Assembly: GCA_963714275.1 (NCBI GenBank)
Contig: CAVQNT010000001.1
Location: 32,001-96,000 of the forward strand
Direction: 5' to 3'
DNA from: Candidatus Bathyarchaeota archaeon
GTDB lineage: Archaea; Thermoproteota; Bathyarchaeia; Bathyarchaeales; DTEX01
Length of the DNA stretch: 64,000 bases
Part shown: positions 52,574 to 64,000 of the stretch, piece after piece
How the letters are laid out: the number at the start of each line of letters is the position of its first letter
Numbering within the stretch: the first letter of the stretch is position 1
Program-made: the position numbers and the translations under genes
The notes under the pieces: generated by a model
Databases searched by the model: none
Told to the model about the DNA's origin: nothing
Seen by the model: the letters and a program-made list of their open reading frames with translations, nothing else

Positions 52574-53516
52574 ATGTATGACGTGATTATAATTGGAGCT
52601 GGGCCTGCTGGTTTGACTGCTGCAGCGAATACATCTCTCAGAGGCTTGAGAAGTGTCGTTATCGAAAAACATGATTTTCCAGGCGGTTTACCTGTGCTCC
52701 TATATCCTGACAAAATCATTAGGGATCATCCTGGGTTTCCTGTGGGTATCCTTGGAAAGGAATTGAGCAGAATGCTCTTTTTGCAAGCTAAGAATGCGGG
52801 TGCAGAGATTAAGTGCGGCGAAGAGGTGTTGAAAATTGCGAAAGAAGTGGACAATGTGCTTGAAGTGAAGACTACGCAAGATACCTACCAAGCAAGGAGA
52901 GTCATTTTATGCACAGGAATATTCAATCTTCCAAGGAAGTTAGAAATCCTGAAGGACACATCCTACCCCAATGTTCACTATGCTGTAAAAGGTCTTGAAA
53001 TATTCAAAAACAAGCGAATGGTTATTGTTGGAGGAGGAGACCATGCCTTTGACACCGCTGTTCAGTCTTATGGATGTTACAGATAAAATCACTATTCTAG
53101 TGAAGAACAGATACGCAAAGGCTAAGGAGAATACTGTTAAGATTGCTGAAAATTTAGGGATAAAAATTTTTTATGACACTGAGATCTCTAATGTCTTTAA
53201 AAATAAAGATGGAAAGATTGAAAAAATCGAAATCGTTAACCTTGAGACACATGAAAAGAAAACTATCGAGATGGATGAACTCTTCATATCTATAGGTTTT
53301 GAACCGATTAAGTTGTTCCTAGAAAGGAACGGGTTTGCCCTCCGAAAGGAAGGTTCATTGAAGGTTGACAGAAATCTTCAGACCAACATTAAAGGCGTGT
53401 TTGCAGCCGGCGACATTACTGGGGAGGTTAGACTTATAACAACAGCTTGTGCTGAGGGTATTGTTGCAGCAATCCACGCATTCGAAACGATCAAGAAACC
53501 TTATTGGCTACATTAA
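52574..53516 (+). CDS. Thioredoxin-reductase-fold ferredoxin-NADP+ reductase (YumC-type), frameshift ~53065
   Basis: IIGAGPAG, LYPDK.I.D.PG, VHY.V......K...IVGGGD.AFD with no CxxC, GVFAAGD. Confidence 0.8.
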
Positions 53517-53686
53517 CTAGTCAGCTAGGGCAATTGGCAAGATGGAAAAATTGGTCTTAACCTTAACTGGAGAGGATTTAAGTAGCTCAGACGAATGTCC
53601 ATTTGGCTCGACTGAAGAAGAAGAGAAAGAAAAGGTTGAGCAAGATAATTAATGTGGTTGCAGTTGATTAAGCATGAGGTAAAAGC

Positions 53687-54523
53687 ATGAAGGATGAAAA
53701 AATAAGGAAAATTGTACAGGAAGGTTATGCAAAAATCGCTAAGAAGGAAACGTCATGTTGCGATGCAACTTCAACTTCTTGCTGTTGTTCAACGCCATCT
53801 ATTGATGAAATCAGTAAAAAAATAGGCTACAGCGAAGAAGACATAAATTCAGTCCCAGAGGGCGCAAATCTTGGTCTCGGATGTGGTAATCCTATTGCGT
53901 TAGCTTCTCTAAAAAAGGGAGAAACTGTCCTCGACCTCGGTTCTGGAGCCGGATTCGACTGTTTTCTTGCAGCCAACAGAGTTGGCAAATATGGAAAGGT
54001 CGTTGGCGTTGACATGACAGATGAAATGATCGACAAGGCAAGAGAAAACTCCATAAAAGGCAGGTATCAGAATGTAGAGTTCAGACTAGGAGAAATCGAA
54101 AATCTTCCCGTAGCCGACAATACGATTGATGTTGTAATCTCGAATTGCGTGATAAATCTTTCACCTAATAAGAAGCGCGTTTTCGAAGAAGCCTTCAGAG
54201 CCCTAAAATCCGGCGGAAGATTAATGGTCTCAGACATAGTCATGCTGAGTAAGATCCCGGAAAGCATAAAAAAGAATATTCAGGCATACATCGGTTGCCT
54301 CTCTGGTGCAGAAATGAAGGACAAGTATCTAAAAATGATAGAAGACGCTGGCTTCCAAGAAGTTAGAATTGTCGAAGAAAACCATTTTCCAGTCGAAAGT
54401 ATGACTAACGAACCCACTGCAAAAGAAATTGTCACATCTTCAGGGATACCAGCTGAAAGAATCATTAAAATCACCAACATGGTGTCCAGTTTAAAAGTCT
54501 CTGCCTTGAAACCTAAGAACTAG
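53687..54523 (+). CDS. arsM: Arsenite methyltransferase
   Basis: Cys-rich N-terminus, ANLGLGCGNP, VLDLGSGAGFD, ISNCVINL, GCLSGA. Confidence 0.92.
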   Translation: MKDEKIRKIVQEGYAKIAKKETSCCDATSTSCCCSTPSIDEISKKIGYSEEDINSVPEGANLGLGCGNPIALASLKKGETVLDLGSGAGFDCFLAANRVGKYGKVVGVDMTDEMIDKARENSIKGRYQNVEFRLGEIENLPVADNTIDVVISNCVINLSPNKKRVFEEAFRALKSGGRLMVSDIVMLSKIPESIKKNIQAYIGCLSGAEMKDKYLKMIEDAGFQEVRIVEENHFPVESMTNEPTAKEIVTSSGIPAERIIKITNMVSSLKVSALKPKN

Positions 54524-54831
54524 CTACGCCGAATAATACACTCACTAAAAAGACTACATTATATGTTAATTCGAAGATATTTTTTTGATCCTTTAATTAT
54601 TTTCAGACCATAAAGATATTCGAGTCAAGAAAGTCTTCTTTTTCAAAATAAAATTTGAATTTTAAAAAAAATATCCTATAATTAATAAATAGTGTTCAAT
54701 TAATATAAACGATTAGAAACATAAGAATTGTGATCTTCTCAATATAATTTATTAACACATTTCCCCACCTAGTTCCAGAAGTGTTTTTATACCTTTTCTC
54801 TTTTTTAGAACATAAAAAGTCGGAGAGAATC

Positions 54832-55690
54832 TTGAAGTCCAGCAATTTAATGCTATTCTTATTGCTTGCTTTTCTTTGGGGAACAGGGTGGTCTGCCACT
54901 AAGATTGCGTTGAGTTACGTTTCTCCTTCATCTTTTTTATTACAACGATTTATCTTTTCTACTATCTTTATGTTTCCAGTTTTTTTGATATTTACAAAAG
55001 CGAATTCCGCATGATGTTAAAACCTTGGGAAAACTTCTGCTGCTATGTTCAATCAATGCTTTTGGAGTTACAGTCACAAATATTGGGCTGGTGGGAGAGA
55101 GTTCAGGCATAGGAGCCGTACTTACTTATACTCAACCACTTTTCGTGTTCTGTCTCGCTATCCCCTTTTTAAATGAGAGGTTGAAGAAAACTAAATTCGT
55201 AGGGACAACTGTGGGATTTGCTGGAGTTGTTCTTCTTTTTCTAGGCAGCATAGGCTCTTTGACATTTGCCTCTTCTGTAATCATGATTTTAGGCGCATTC
55301 TTGTGGGCTGTTACTATAATCTATTACAAACGATTTTTGAACCACGTGGACTCTTTTGTCACAAATTTTTTCCAGTGGGCATTTGGTGTAATTCCTCTTG
55401 CAGTGTTGAATCTTTATAATGGCATCTACTTTTTTCCGAAAGAATTGACTTACCTTTGGATGGTTCTTTATACAGCAATTGGAAGCGCATGTGTAGGATG
55501 GACGATATGGCTTTACCTTCTCAGGAAAGAAGATGCTATTGTTGTCTCAGGTTCCAGCTTCATGGTTCCTTTAATTGCCTTATTTTTCGGTTGGCTTTTC
55601 CTTGGAGAGAACATAACTATCGAATCAATACTCGGTTCAGCACTCGTACTCATAGGAGTATTCCTAGTTAACATAAAAAACCATAAGTGA
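54832..55690 (+). CDS. EamA/DMT family transporter (frameshift ~55000)
   Basis: LWG..W...K..L, YTQPLF, NE.L....G...GF.GV, LGE.IT....G..LVL.G. Confidence 0.85.
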
Positions 55691-56240
55691 GATGTAAAGA
55701 TTCTAGCAAATCTACTTCACTTTGGCTGAATTAACCTAGTACAGATAGTCGCAATCTGAAGCGAAGATTCCAGTTAATAATTCTGGAAGCTGCTGCAACA
55801 CTGCTTTTAAGCAGTTTGTGAAAAGAAGGCGAAGTAAGAGCGAAATCCAAGGAAATTAAAATTTGTTTGACTAATGATCCGTAGACTTGATAAGCAGTTC
55901 ATCAACACTGTCCTAAACCATAAGCCTTTTCCCTTAATGTCTGTCATCTTCAAATTAGCTTTCCTCGTTTCTTTCCTTAGAGTTTTTTCCATCCCATTAA
56001 TGGTGGCTCGATGCCTAGTGATCTATGAAACTAAAAGAAGAATGAAACTACATGGAAAAGCGGGATGACCTCAGAGAAAAACATGGTTTCCAGGAAATCT
56101 AGAACAGTAATTGCTGTTGAATGTAAAAATTATACTTTGGTTTTTCGCACATAAAGTTTCTCTTCACTGAGCGCTTGGCTATTACAGAAGTGGAATATTT
56201 AGGTCAATGCCAGATAGTCTGATTATATAATAAGATTAAT

Positions 56241-57983
56241 GTGGGAAAATTGCCAATAACACCAAGTATGACTAACACTCAAAAGAATTTTCTATTCTTA
56301 TCCATTTTATTAGTCATTTATGCCTTAGGATTAGGTCTAGTTTTTTTCATTGATAGAGACTTTGGTGAAATCCAAGTCGAAATTGTGTCGATTCCTGGTC
56401 AGGAACAAGTAAGCGGCATTATTTATCGCCCAAAGAATGCCTCTGAGATAAACCCTTATCCAGCTATTGTGTTAGCCCATGGAATAAGCGGTTCTAAACA
56501 GATGCTTAGTGGAATAGCACTTGAACTTGCAAGAAACGGTTTCATATCGCTTACTATAGACTTGGTTGGGCATGGTGATTCAGGTGGAGTTTTTACTGGT
56601 GCTGTAGACAAGACCCTTGGAACTTTGGTTGCAGTAAAATATCTGGAGGAACAGCCTTATGTAAACTCGGCATTAATTGGTCTGGTGGGTCACAGCTTAG
56701 GCGCTGGAGTTATTAGAGCTTTAGCTGCGGGTCATAATATTTTTGGGGCTTCGGTCTATATAGCTGGTGGGCTTGGTGAAATGGTCAGTGATCCAGCATA
56801 CGGAGTTCTCAATTCCACTTTCCCAAGAAACTTATTGATAATAATAGGTGAGGAAGATGTTCTATTTGATATGGGGCAAACTCAGAAGCAATTGCTTCCT
56901 GTGTTTGGTAATCCGAATGTAATTATTCCAGATCAGGTTTATGGTGCTTTTTCAAATCAAACAGCTGGGAGCTTTTGACTCCTACAACGACTCACCTCCT
57001 CGAACCCGTTGATCCGGCGGTTGTTTCAGAAATAGTTAGTTGGATGAGAAGAACACTAGGTTTAGAAAACCTGGCTGGAGCAACAAGAATTAATTACGTT
57101 TTTCGCGAAATATCTGTAATTATTAGCCTAACAGCATTTGTGGGCCTTGTTTTCCCACTTTTTTCGATTATTCAAGATTACTTTCCTTCGCTCAGTCAGA
57201 ACAGTAACAATGAAAAGTATGAAAGCATAAAAGACTGGAAGATACTCACCATTTGGGGAACGCTTAAGCTCAGCTTTGTTGTTGCCCATTTTTTCATTTG
57301 GATTCCTAATTCCTTTTCCACCCTTGATCTTTGGCGCTTCTTTTTCTTTATGGTTTCTATCTATCGGCATCGTAGGTCTTCTCATCTTTATCGTATTATC
57401 CAGATGCACTTCAGTTAAGATCAAGATTCTAACTGAGCTTGCCCAAACCTTCAGACCGCGTAACATAATTATTGGAGTCGGCATCTTCGCATTTCTTTAC
57501 TTGCTGGCTTATGTCTCGGAAGCAACATTTCTGACAAAATTAAGGATGGTCGTTATACCATTGTTTAATGTGGTGACAAATCATAATAGGATTTTAGCCT
57601 TTCTGGAGTGTGTTCCCTTTTTCCTTGTTTTCTTCTTCGTAGAAGGCTTGTATCTTCATAAATTACGTAGCTCGTTAATCTATAAGAAAAATTTGTGGTT
57701 CCAAATCGTAAACGCTACCAAGACTATCGGAATAAAGGTCTTCCCATACCTTGCTTTGTTGTGTATCGACTATGTTCCTATGTTTTTGCTGAACATCCGA
57801 CTTTTACCATCCTTAATTGGATTTTTAATGGAGTTTATTGTTGGATTAATTCCACTTTTCATGATAACTGTTGCTTATTCATGGTGGTTCTACCATAAAA
57901 CTGCCAATCTGGGAACAGCAGTTATACTAAACTCTCTTCTTTTCGCATGGTCCGCAGCAGCTACTTTCCCCTTATCTACCTAG
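56241..57983 (+). CDS. Membrane-bound alpha/beta hydrolase (frameshifts ~56970 and ~57270)
   Basis: PAIVLAHG, D..GHGDS, GHSLG, H..EP; multi-TM C-terminal half. Confidence 0.75.
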
Positions 57984-58055
57984 ATATAGAAAAAATGATG
58001 GAAGTGTTATACATTTAAAATATAGTTTGGTTTACTACGTAGTTACATTAAACAA

Positions 58056-58184
58056 GATGTTCGAAGGATAAGAATAGGGGAAGGATAGACCATTGAAACC
58101 CTGATCAATGAAGAGGCTCTGCTATTTGCGAAGTTTCTGAGAGATGAACGTGAAGCATGGATTCCTAGACTACCATCTATTTAA
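58056..58184 (+). pseudogene. Probable C-terminal remnant of a solo Cas1/casposase-like gene
   Basis: VRRIRIGEG*TIETLINEEALLFAKFLRDEREAWIPRLPSI; recalled similarity to C-termini of Bathyarchaeia Cas1-annotated proteins; not database-verified. Confidence 0.5.
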
Positions 58185-58258
58185 TGTTATTTTTTTTGTA
58201 ATGCTTTAACTAGTAAGAAATATTAAGAGTTAATTGTGAACCTGTCTTAGGGGTAACT

Positions 58259-58759
58259 ATGATGAGTAAAGAATATGATACAGAAATTATGAAATTGATA
58301 ACTGATGTGGACTCAATAAAGTATAATTTTTATGATTATTTGTTCAGAGAAGTCCCAGATATTGGAGTCATAGGTCTATTATTAGTGGTATTTTTAATGG
58401 TTCAAACTCTCAGCATAGGAATAGAAGAAAAGGTCTACGTCCAATTACTTATAGCCTCTGGAGCATTAACCATGTCAGCATTAGTTTTTTACATCACAAT
58501 CTTTCCGAAATGGGACGTGATTTTCTCTGAATATAAAGCGAGAAAAATATGTAAGTCATTAAATTATGATAACGAAGAAACGAAGGTTCTCCTAATGGCT
58601 CTTATTTCTATGAAAGTTAGACAACCAAAAATAAAACTTTCGACAATTTATAAATTAGAACCAGAAACTTTCACAAAAAAGACACTTTATTCAATTTCTA
58701 TACAAACACTAGTCAGCTACCAATATATAGTTTATACCCATCTTAGAATACAACAGTAG
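58259..58759 (+). CDS. Hypothetical membrane protein (2 TM), AT-rich
   Basis: 166-aa ORF with two hydrophobic helices. Confidence 0.5.
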   Translation: MMSKEYDTEIMKLITDVDSIKYNFYDYLFREVPDIGVIGLLLVVFLMVQTLSIGIEEKVYVQLLIASGALTMSALVFYITIFPKWDVIFSEYKARKICKSLNYDNEETKVLLMALISMKVRQPKIKLSTIYKLEPETFTKKTLYSISIQTLVSYQYIVYTHLRIQQ

Positions 58760-58892
58760 TTCTTTTTACTTTGAATGATTGTCTCCAATCAGTTTTTAAG
58801 CCTCTTTTTTATGATAGTAACAAAATAGGGATGAAAACATATAGAAGCCATGTTGTTGATTAGTAATGAAATGTCCCAATTAAGGAAATGAG

Positions 58893-61704
58893 GTGAATAA
58901 GGCTTTGCCCTACTGTCGTTTCTACGGAACTCGACTTGGATCTTTTGTTCCAGAGAAAGATGAGGAGAAGAAGGGAAGAGAGCGATTTCAAAGAAGAATC
59001 TTATTTCTATTTATTTTTTTCATAGCAGTTATTATCATAACGTTTTTTTCGTTGTATGTCTGGCTTCAATGGTCAATACTTGAGACGATGTATCTCCAGA
59101 AAGGAGGACTCGACTGGTTCAGCATAAACTATTATTACAATTATACCTTCATTACAGCTGCCATCTTGGCTTTGATAGTGGTGAATCCCCGTGTTGGCAG
59201 AAGCGATATTTACGGAATATGGGAAGCGATTTGGCGATTAAGTCAAGCTTGGTACAGAACCGAGAGGAAGCCTACTTTCTCTTTAAAAAATCGAAGACTC
59301 ACTTGGTTTACATGGCAAGTTGTAAAATGGGGCATCGCCTTCTTAGTCATCGTCTTGCTTAATGGTCTGCCATTTCTTGGAAAAGTTACTCCAGCTATTT
59401 ACATGGCGATAAAAAATGTTGGCAGCTCGGAACCTTGTATCTCGGGTTTTTCTTCTCCCAGTTTTTCCAGCATCAAGTACTGAGCTTATCTCTTTGATGC
59501 CGACTATGGAAGTTCAATATAACATTTTTTCCTTTTTCGCAACAGCTTTGCTTGCGGTTGTGGCTATTAGGTTGGTACTTAAGATTATCAGGCATTTCAT
59601 TCAAGAACAACAAAATGTTTGGATTCGCGATATTTTTTTAATCTTAACCTTGGTGATGGTCGCAATAATTATCGGCATGCCTTATTGGGCTATGGATGTC
59701 ACTACACCATTTGTTTTTATGATAAGTCTTCTTTTTCTCTCAGGATTTCTGGTTGCTACAGTTTATTTCCAGTTCATAGGTTTGGGACGGAACCTTTCTT
59801 TTGCTGAACGTAAAAGAACGCTCTTCTTAGGTCTTGTTATTGCATTAATTGTTGGGTTACTGATTAACGCTGGTTTTATAGCTTTTTACAGGCTTAACTG
59901 GAACAATAATTGGATCCAATACGAGTGGTTACCTCTAAATCAGAAACAAATTAATGTCACACGATGGGCAGCTGGAATTCAGGATTTAGAAAGGAAATCG
60001 ATTCAAGACTTACCTATGGGAAATTTGACTGAGACCTTGAGTCAGATAAGACAATGGGATCAGTCTGCTGCATACACGAGGATGATAAATCGTATAGGTG
60101 CCAACTGGATGACTCTTGCTGATTCTGATATAATATATGTCGCTGGACATGAATTTTGGGTGGCTCCAACAACTATTTCATATCCCAGTACAGATTGGAT
60201 AAGCGTTCACCTGATTTATACTCATACATCAAAAATTATCACAATCGATAGTCATACTGGCAATTATGTTAATGCTACAGATGTCTTTGGAATTGCGGAG
60301 GAACCCCATATATATTATGGTGAAGGCTTCGACGCATCTGTATATGTTAATGTTGAAGGCTTTAACGAGGTTGAAAACGTAACCTACTCAGGACCTCCGG
60401 ATTTTATTCTTTCAGGATGGCAAAGATCTTTATGGTTTGCGTCTCAAGGGCAATTCGGGTTCGCTTTCACGCCTCCACAAGAAAATATAAACATGCTGTA
60501 CAACCGCGACGTGTTTAAACGCGTGCAAGAAATTCTTATTCATGGATTAAAGGTGGATTCAGATGCTTATCCAGTAAGTGATGGAACGAATATTTACTAT
60601 GCAGTGCAAGTTTACATCGATTACCGTCTACTTTCAGGTTTTACACTAACAATTACCTTAGAAATCTTGCTGTAGTCTTGGTTAATGTGAAAGATGGTAC
60701 AATGCAAGGATACTTTGTGGGAAACCCAGATGGGTTCCTAGTTGACTTTTACAAGGAATATTACCCCTCTTGGAAACAGATAGATGACCCTAGTGCCAGT
60801 TGGCTTAGACCTCACTTCGTTATCCTGAGGAAGTTTTAGGTAAGCAAAACACTGCCGGACAGACTAGATGCTGATTTTATTTTTCATGTAAGTGACCCAT
60901 TTGTATGGAGGTCAGGAAACCAGTTCTATGAAAGACCTCCTCAAACCGAAGTCCTATATGTTCCAGTCTATGAACAAAGCAAGAGGTATTTTGTAGGTTT
61001 ACAGTTGGTAGAATATTTAGGATCAGAGGGGAAGAATTTAGTCGGCGTTTACCTTGCTTACGGTAGTGAAGACCGTGGTAAAATCATCCTTTATGAGGTT
61101 CCCAGCACGACTCAACTTTTGGGACCTACATCTGCACAGACATCACTGATAGCCAACCAAGATGTTAGGACAAGGTTGACTTTCTATGGTTATTACCAAA
61201 CTCCTCCCACAGCGCGACTTGGCAACATTCTTCTGTATCCCATTGGTGGAAAACTTTACTATTTCATTCCAGTGTATCTGGTTGGTCAGGTTATGTCGAC
61301 AATGCCTCAAATAGGCATCATTGACGCATCTTCTGGCAACGCAGTGGCTTTAGGTTCTAATGCTGAAGAAGCATACCGAAACCTTGTTGGAGTAATAACA
61401 GGAGAACAAAAATCAGCCAAAGAACGTTTGGCTAAAGTCTTTCAACTTTTCACCGGATACAACCTAGTTAATGTCACTGCTGTCAATCCAGATGTCGAAA
61501 TTCAAACTGGAAACTTATAGTTACATTGTGGAGAACCAGTGGAATCCAGTGGAAGCGGGAATAAACGACTTCACACAATCTTATGGGGCTAATGGCACAC
61601 GAATTCTGGCTTGGTATCCCGATGACCGGACAGTGAACCTGGGAGTTTTGATTAAAGAACAAGATTTCGTCTATCTCTATTATATTAGCATCAAATACAC
61701 GTAA
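58893..61704 (+). CDS. UPF0182 family membrane protein (about 4 frameshifts)
   Basis: N-terminal TMs, I.VTRWA.G, IRQWD, HLIYTH, PHIYYGE, D.YPV, RYPEE, GNILLYP....LYY..PVY. Confidence 0.75.
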
Positions 61705-62010
61705 TCTTATGAGCAGAAAACGGCAAATTAGTTTGCTATTCATTAACACTTGTCATGAAAGCAACTTCAAACTCACCACAAAAAGAATGGGACAGACATA
61801 GGAACAGACACTGACACAGGGAGAGACAAAGGAATTGGTGAAGTTGGGGATTAATTTTCAAACTTTCCCTCTCTTTACAAGTTTCTGAAGGGCAAAAAAG
61901 AAGGTTAAAAGCCTAAAATTTTTTTAATTCTTTCGTCCAGACATGTAATTCATAATTTTTTTTAAATAATTGAATTAGAAGGTACGTTGGAAGCAGAAAG
62001 TACTTAGACC

Positions 62011-62463
62011 TTGTTTCGGTGGGGATCCTTGGACTCAGTGAAGAACTTCGAGAAGATTATTGAAGATGCGAAAGATCTACTGATTGAAGAAAAAATACTC
62101 GTAGGTATTGAAAGTACAGAAGAGTTCCTCATGAAATCCGATCGGCTAACCAAAACCAGTAAAGCCCTAACCTCGTCGAAGAAAGGCTTTATACTAAAAA
62201 ATAAAGAAACTATAAAATATAAAGGCGCTCTCAGGCGCATAAAAGCACCTAACTATTTCTTTTCTGCAGCATTTTGCATATGGATTGTACTGTTATTGAA
62301 TGTATACTTACCAATTATCGGGTCTATAACACCTGTTTCTACTCTGATGAGAAACAATATTATAATGATTTCTTTCCTGGTGTCAGCAGGCGTAGCATCC
62401 ATACTCTCCTTTATTATAGGCATTAACAAGCTAAGGGGAAAGGATAACGAAAAAAAGGCATGA
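62011..62463 (+). CDS. Hypothetical protein with two C-terminal TM helices
   Basis: 150-aa ORF; start uncertain. Confidence 0.4.
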   Translation: MFRWGSLDSVKNFEKIIEDAKDLLIEEKILVGIESTEEFLMKSDRLTKTSKALTSSKKGFILKNKETIKYKGALRRIKAPNYFFSAAFCIWIVLLLNVYLPIIGSITPVSTLMRNNIIMISFLVSAGVASILSFIIGINKLRGKDNEKKA

Positions 62464-62723
62464 AATTGAAAAGTTTTCTTTGTGCTGATATTTATATTAT
62501 TAAGCCTATTCAACTGATTCAATGATTACAACAAGTTCAACAAGATTGCTTCTTGAAAGTTATTTAAAATAGTCCCATTAGTTTGTAAACTATCATTCTA
62601 GGTCCTGAACCTAAAATGAATATATATTTTTTTGAAGTTAAATATCCTTTGATTATTCTTGTGCTCTTCTATATATGCTACTGAAATATGTTAATACAAA
62701 GGTGATTAAGAAGAGGAAAGATT

Positions 62724-63488
62724 ATGAATTTTCGAATAGCAGGTGCACAGTTGCCTGTGACAAAAGATATAAAGACCAATCTCGAAACGATAAAAACCGC
62801 ATTAGATTATGCAATTAATGAAGAAGCAGACATTCTTCTGACGCCTGAAGGGTCTTTGAGTGGATACATACATGATTTTAATCAGGCAATAGTAAAAAAT
62901 GCCTTAGAGACCATTATTGCCAAGGTGAAGGGTAAACTGGGCTTGGCACTCGGCACATGCTATTTTGAGAAAGATGGTAAATGTTATAATCAAATTCGGT
63001 TTTATAATAAAAATGGTCGGTATCTGGGTTCTCACAGCAAGATTCTTCTCTGTAGCACACTCACCAAGCCTTTAAAGGGAGAGATAGAACAATACAGCGT
63101 AAAGCCTCTGAAAACATTTAACTTTAAAGGGATAATCATCGGAGGGTTAATCTGCAACGACATGTGGGCAAACCCAAATTGCACACACATGCCTGATACG
63201 CATCTCTCGCAGCAACTGGCGAGGAAGGGAGTCAAGATTATTCTTCATGCGGTAAATGGTGGAAGAGACCCCAGTGAGTTCTCTCAAGTCGTTACAAGAA
63301 ATTTCCATGAATCAAATCTGAGGATGCGCGCAAAAGCTGGGAACATCTGGATCGTAACAGTTGACAACTGTGTTCCACAAGACATACCATGCTCATCACC
63401 GGGAGGAATCATAAATCCAGAAGGCGAATGGGTCGTGCAGCTTCCACCAAAGGGAGAACACTTTTTTGTTCACACGATAGATATTTAA
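62724..63488 (+). CDS. Carbon-nitrogen hydrolase (nitrilase superfamily)
   Basis: E-K-C triad: TPEG, HSK, LICND. Confidence 0.88.
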   Translation: MNFRIAGAQLPVTKDIKTNLETIKTALDYAINEEADILLTPEGSLSGYIHDFNQAIVKNALETIIAKVKGKLGLALGTCYFEKDGKCYNQIRFYNKNGRYLGSHSKILLCSTLTKPLKGEIEQYSVKPLKTFNFKGIIIGGLICNDMWANPNCTHMPDTHLSQQLARKGVKIILHAVNGGRDPSEFSQVVTRNFHESNLRMRAKAGNIWIVTVDNCVPQDIPCSSPGGIINPEGEWVVQLPPKGEHFFVHTIDI

Positions 63489-63649
63489 TATTCAGTTAAT
63501 CTTAACCAAAAATTCCAATATCAGAAGAGACTTTTGGATAGACCTACCTCTCTTATAACAACAAGACCATTATAACGTGTTATAGCGCGCGCGCTAATAC
63601 TATATCTATGAAAGTATGTATAATGGACTTTTAATAGTAGGTTAATATC

Positions 63650-64000
63650 ATGGAAAAAAGGTATTACACGCCTAGTGCCCTTAACCGAAAAATGCGGGAA
63701 TGGTTCCAAGATTCCAAGTTTGGCATGTTTATCCATTGGGGCGTCTACAGTGTGTTGGGTGATGGGGAATGGGTTATGCACAACAAAAAGATGACAGTGG
63801 AAGAATATGAAAAATTTCCCCTGTTATTTAACCCAATCGAATATGATCCGGCTGAGTGGGTACGAATCGCTAAGAATGCAGGGACGAGGTACATAACAAT
63901 TACGAGTAAACACCACGATGGTTTTGCAATGTATGATTCTAAAGTCAGCAATTATGATATTGCGGATCGCACACCATACAGGAAAGACGTGCTCAAGATG
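63650..64000 (+). CDS. Alpha-L-fucosidase (GH29), runs off window end
   Basis: Own translation: WFQDSKFGMFIHWGVYS...EW...FNP..YDP.EW...AK.AG..Y...TSKHHDGF. Confidence 0.92.
   Translation, partial: MEKRYYTPSALNRKMREWFQDSKFGMFIHWGVYSVLGDGEWVMHNKKMTVEEYEKFPLLFNPIEYDPAEWVRIAKNAGTRYITITSKHHDGFAMYDSKVSNYDIADRTPYRKDVLKM

Noticed and set aside
55807-56068. Short overlapping ORFs on both strands
   Set aside because: No recognisable homology; probably intergenic or decayed DNA
8799-61704. Programmed ribosomal frameshifting
   Set aside because: Shifts go in both directions in unrelated genes, with no shared slippery motif
1-64000. CRISPR array
   Set aside because: No regularly spaced 24-47-bp repeats seen, including around the Cas1-like relic

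Overview
Archaeal chromosomal segment. Archaeal markers are a C/D box sRNA, BRE/TATA promoters, a tungsten oxidoreductase and a SAMP/MoaD protein; gene content suggests Bathyarchaeia, which is an inference. It is dominated by carbohydrate and amine catabolism: UxuA/UxuB-like, GH2, GH4, GH29, L-fucose isomerase family, PfkB, MMSDH, a Dpp/Opp-type ABC importer, aminotransferases and cyclases. It also carries a TldD/TldE + WOR5-like + MoaD locus, a B12 radical SAM enzyme, an oxidative-stress/ArsM cluster and several gene relics (IS110, class II aldolase, GH51, FNR 3' duplicate, probable Cas1 C-terminus). About 20 genes are split by 1-bp frameshifts, most likely long-read assembly errors. Most notable unexplained structures: (i) a 1.8-kb cargo cassette (45958-47819) bounded by 19-bp tRNA-3'-end direct repeats with short inverted repeats immediately inside them; (ii) a ~430-bp degenerate fold-back at 51871-52303; (iii) a GINS-B-domain-like module in an extracellular solute-binding protein; (iv) an M24-fold protein lacking metal ligands inside a glycoside/amine catabolic operon. 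No CRISPR array, intact tRNA, rRNA or intact integrase/transposase was seen. All family assignments are from motif recognition, not database searches.
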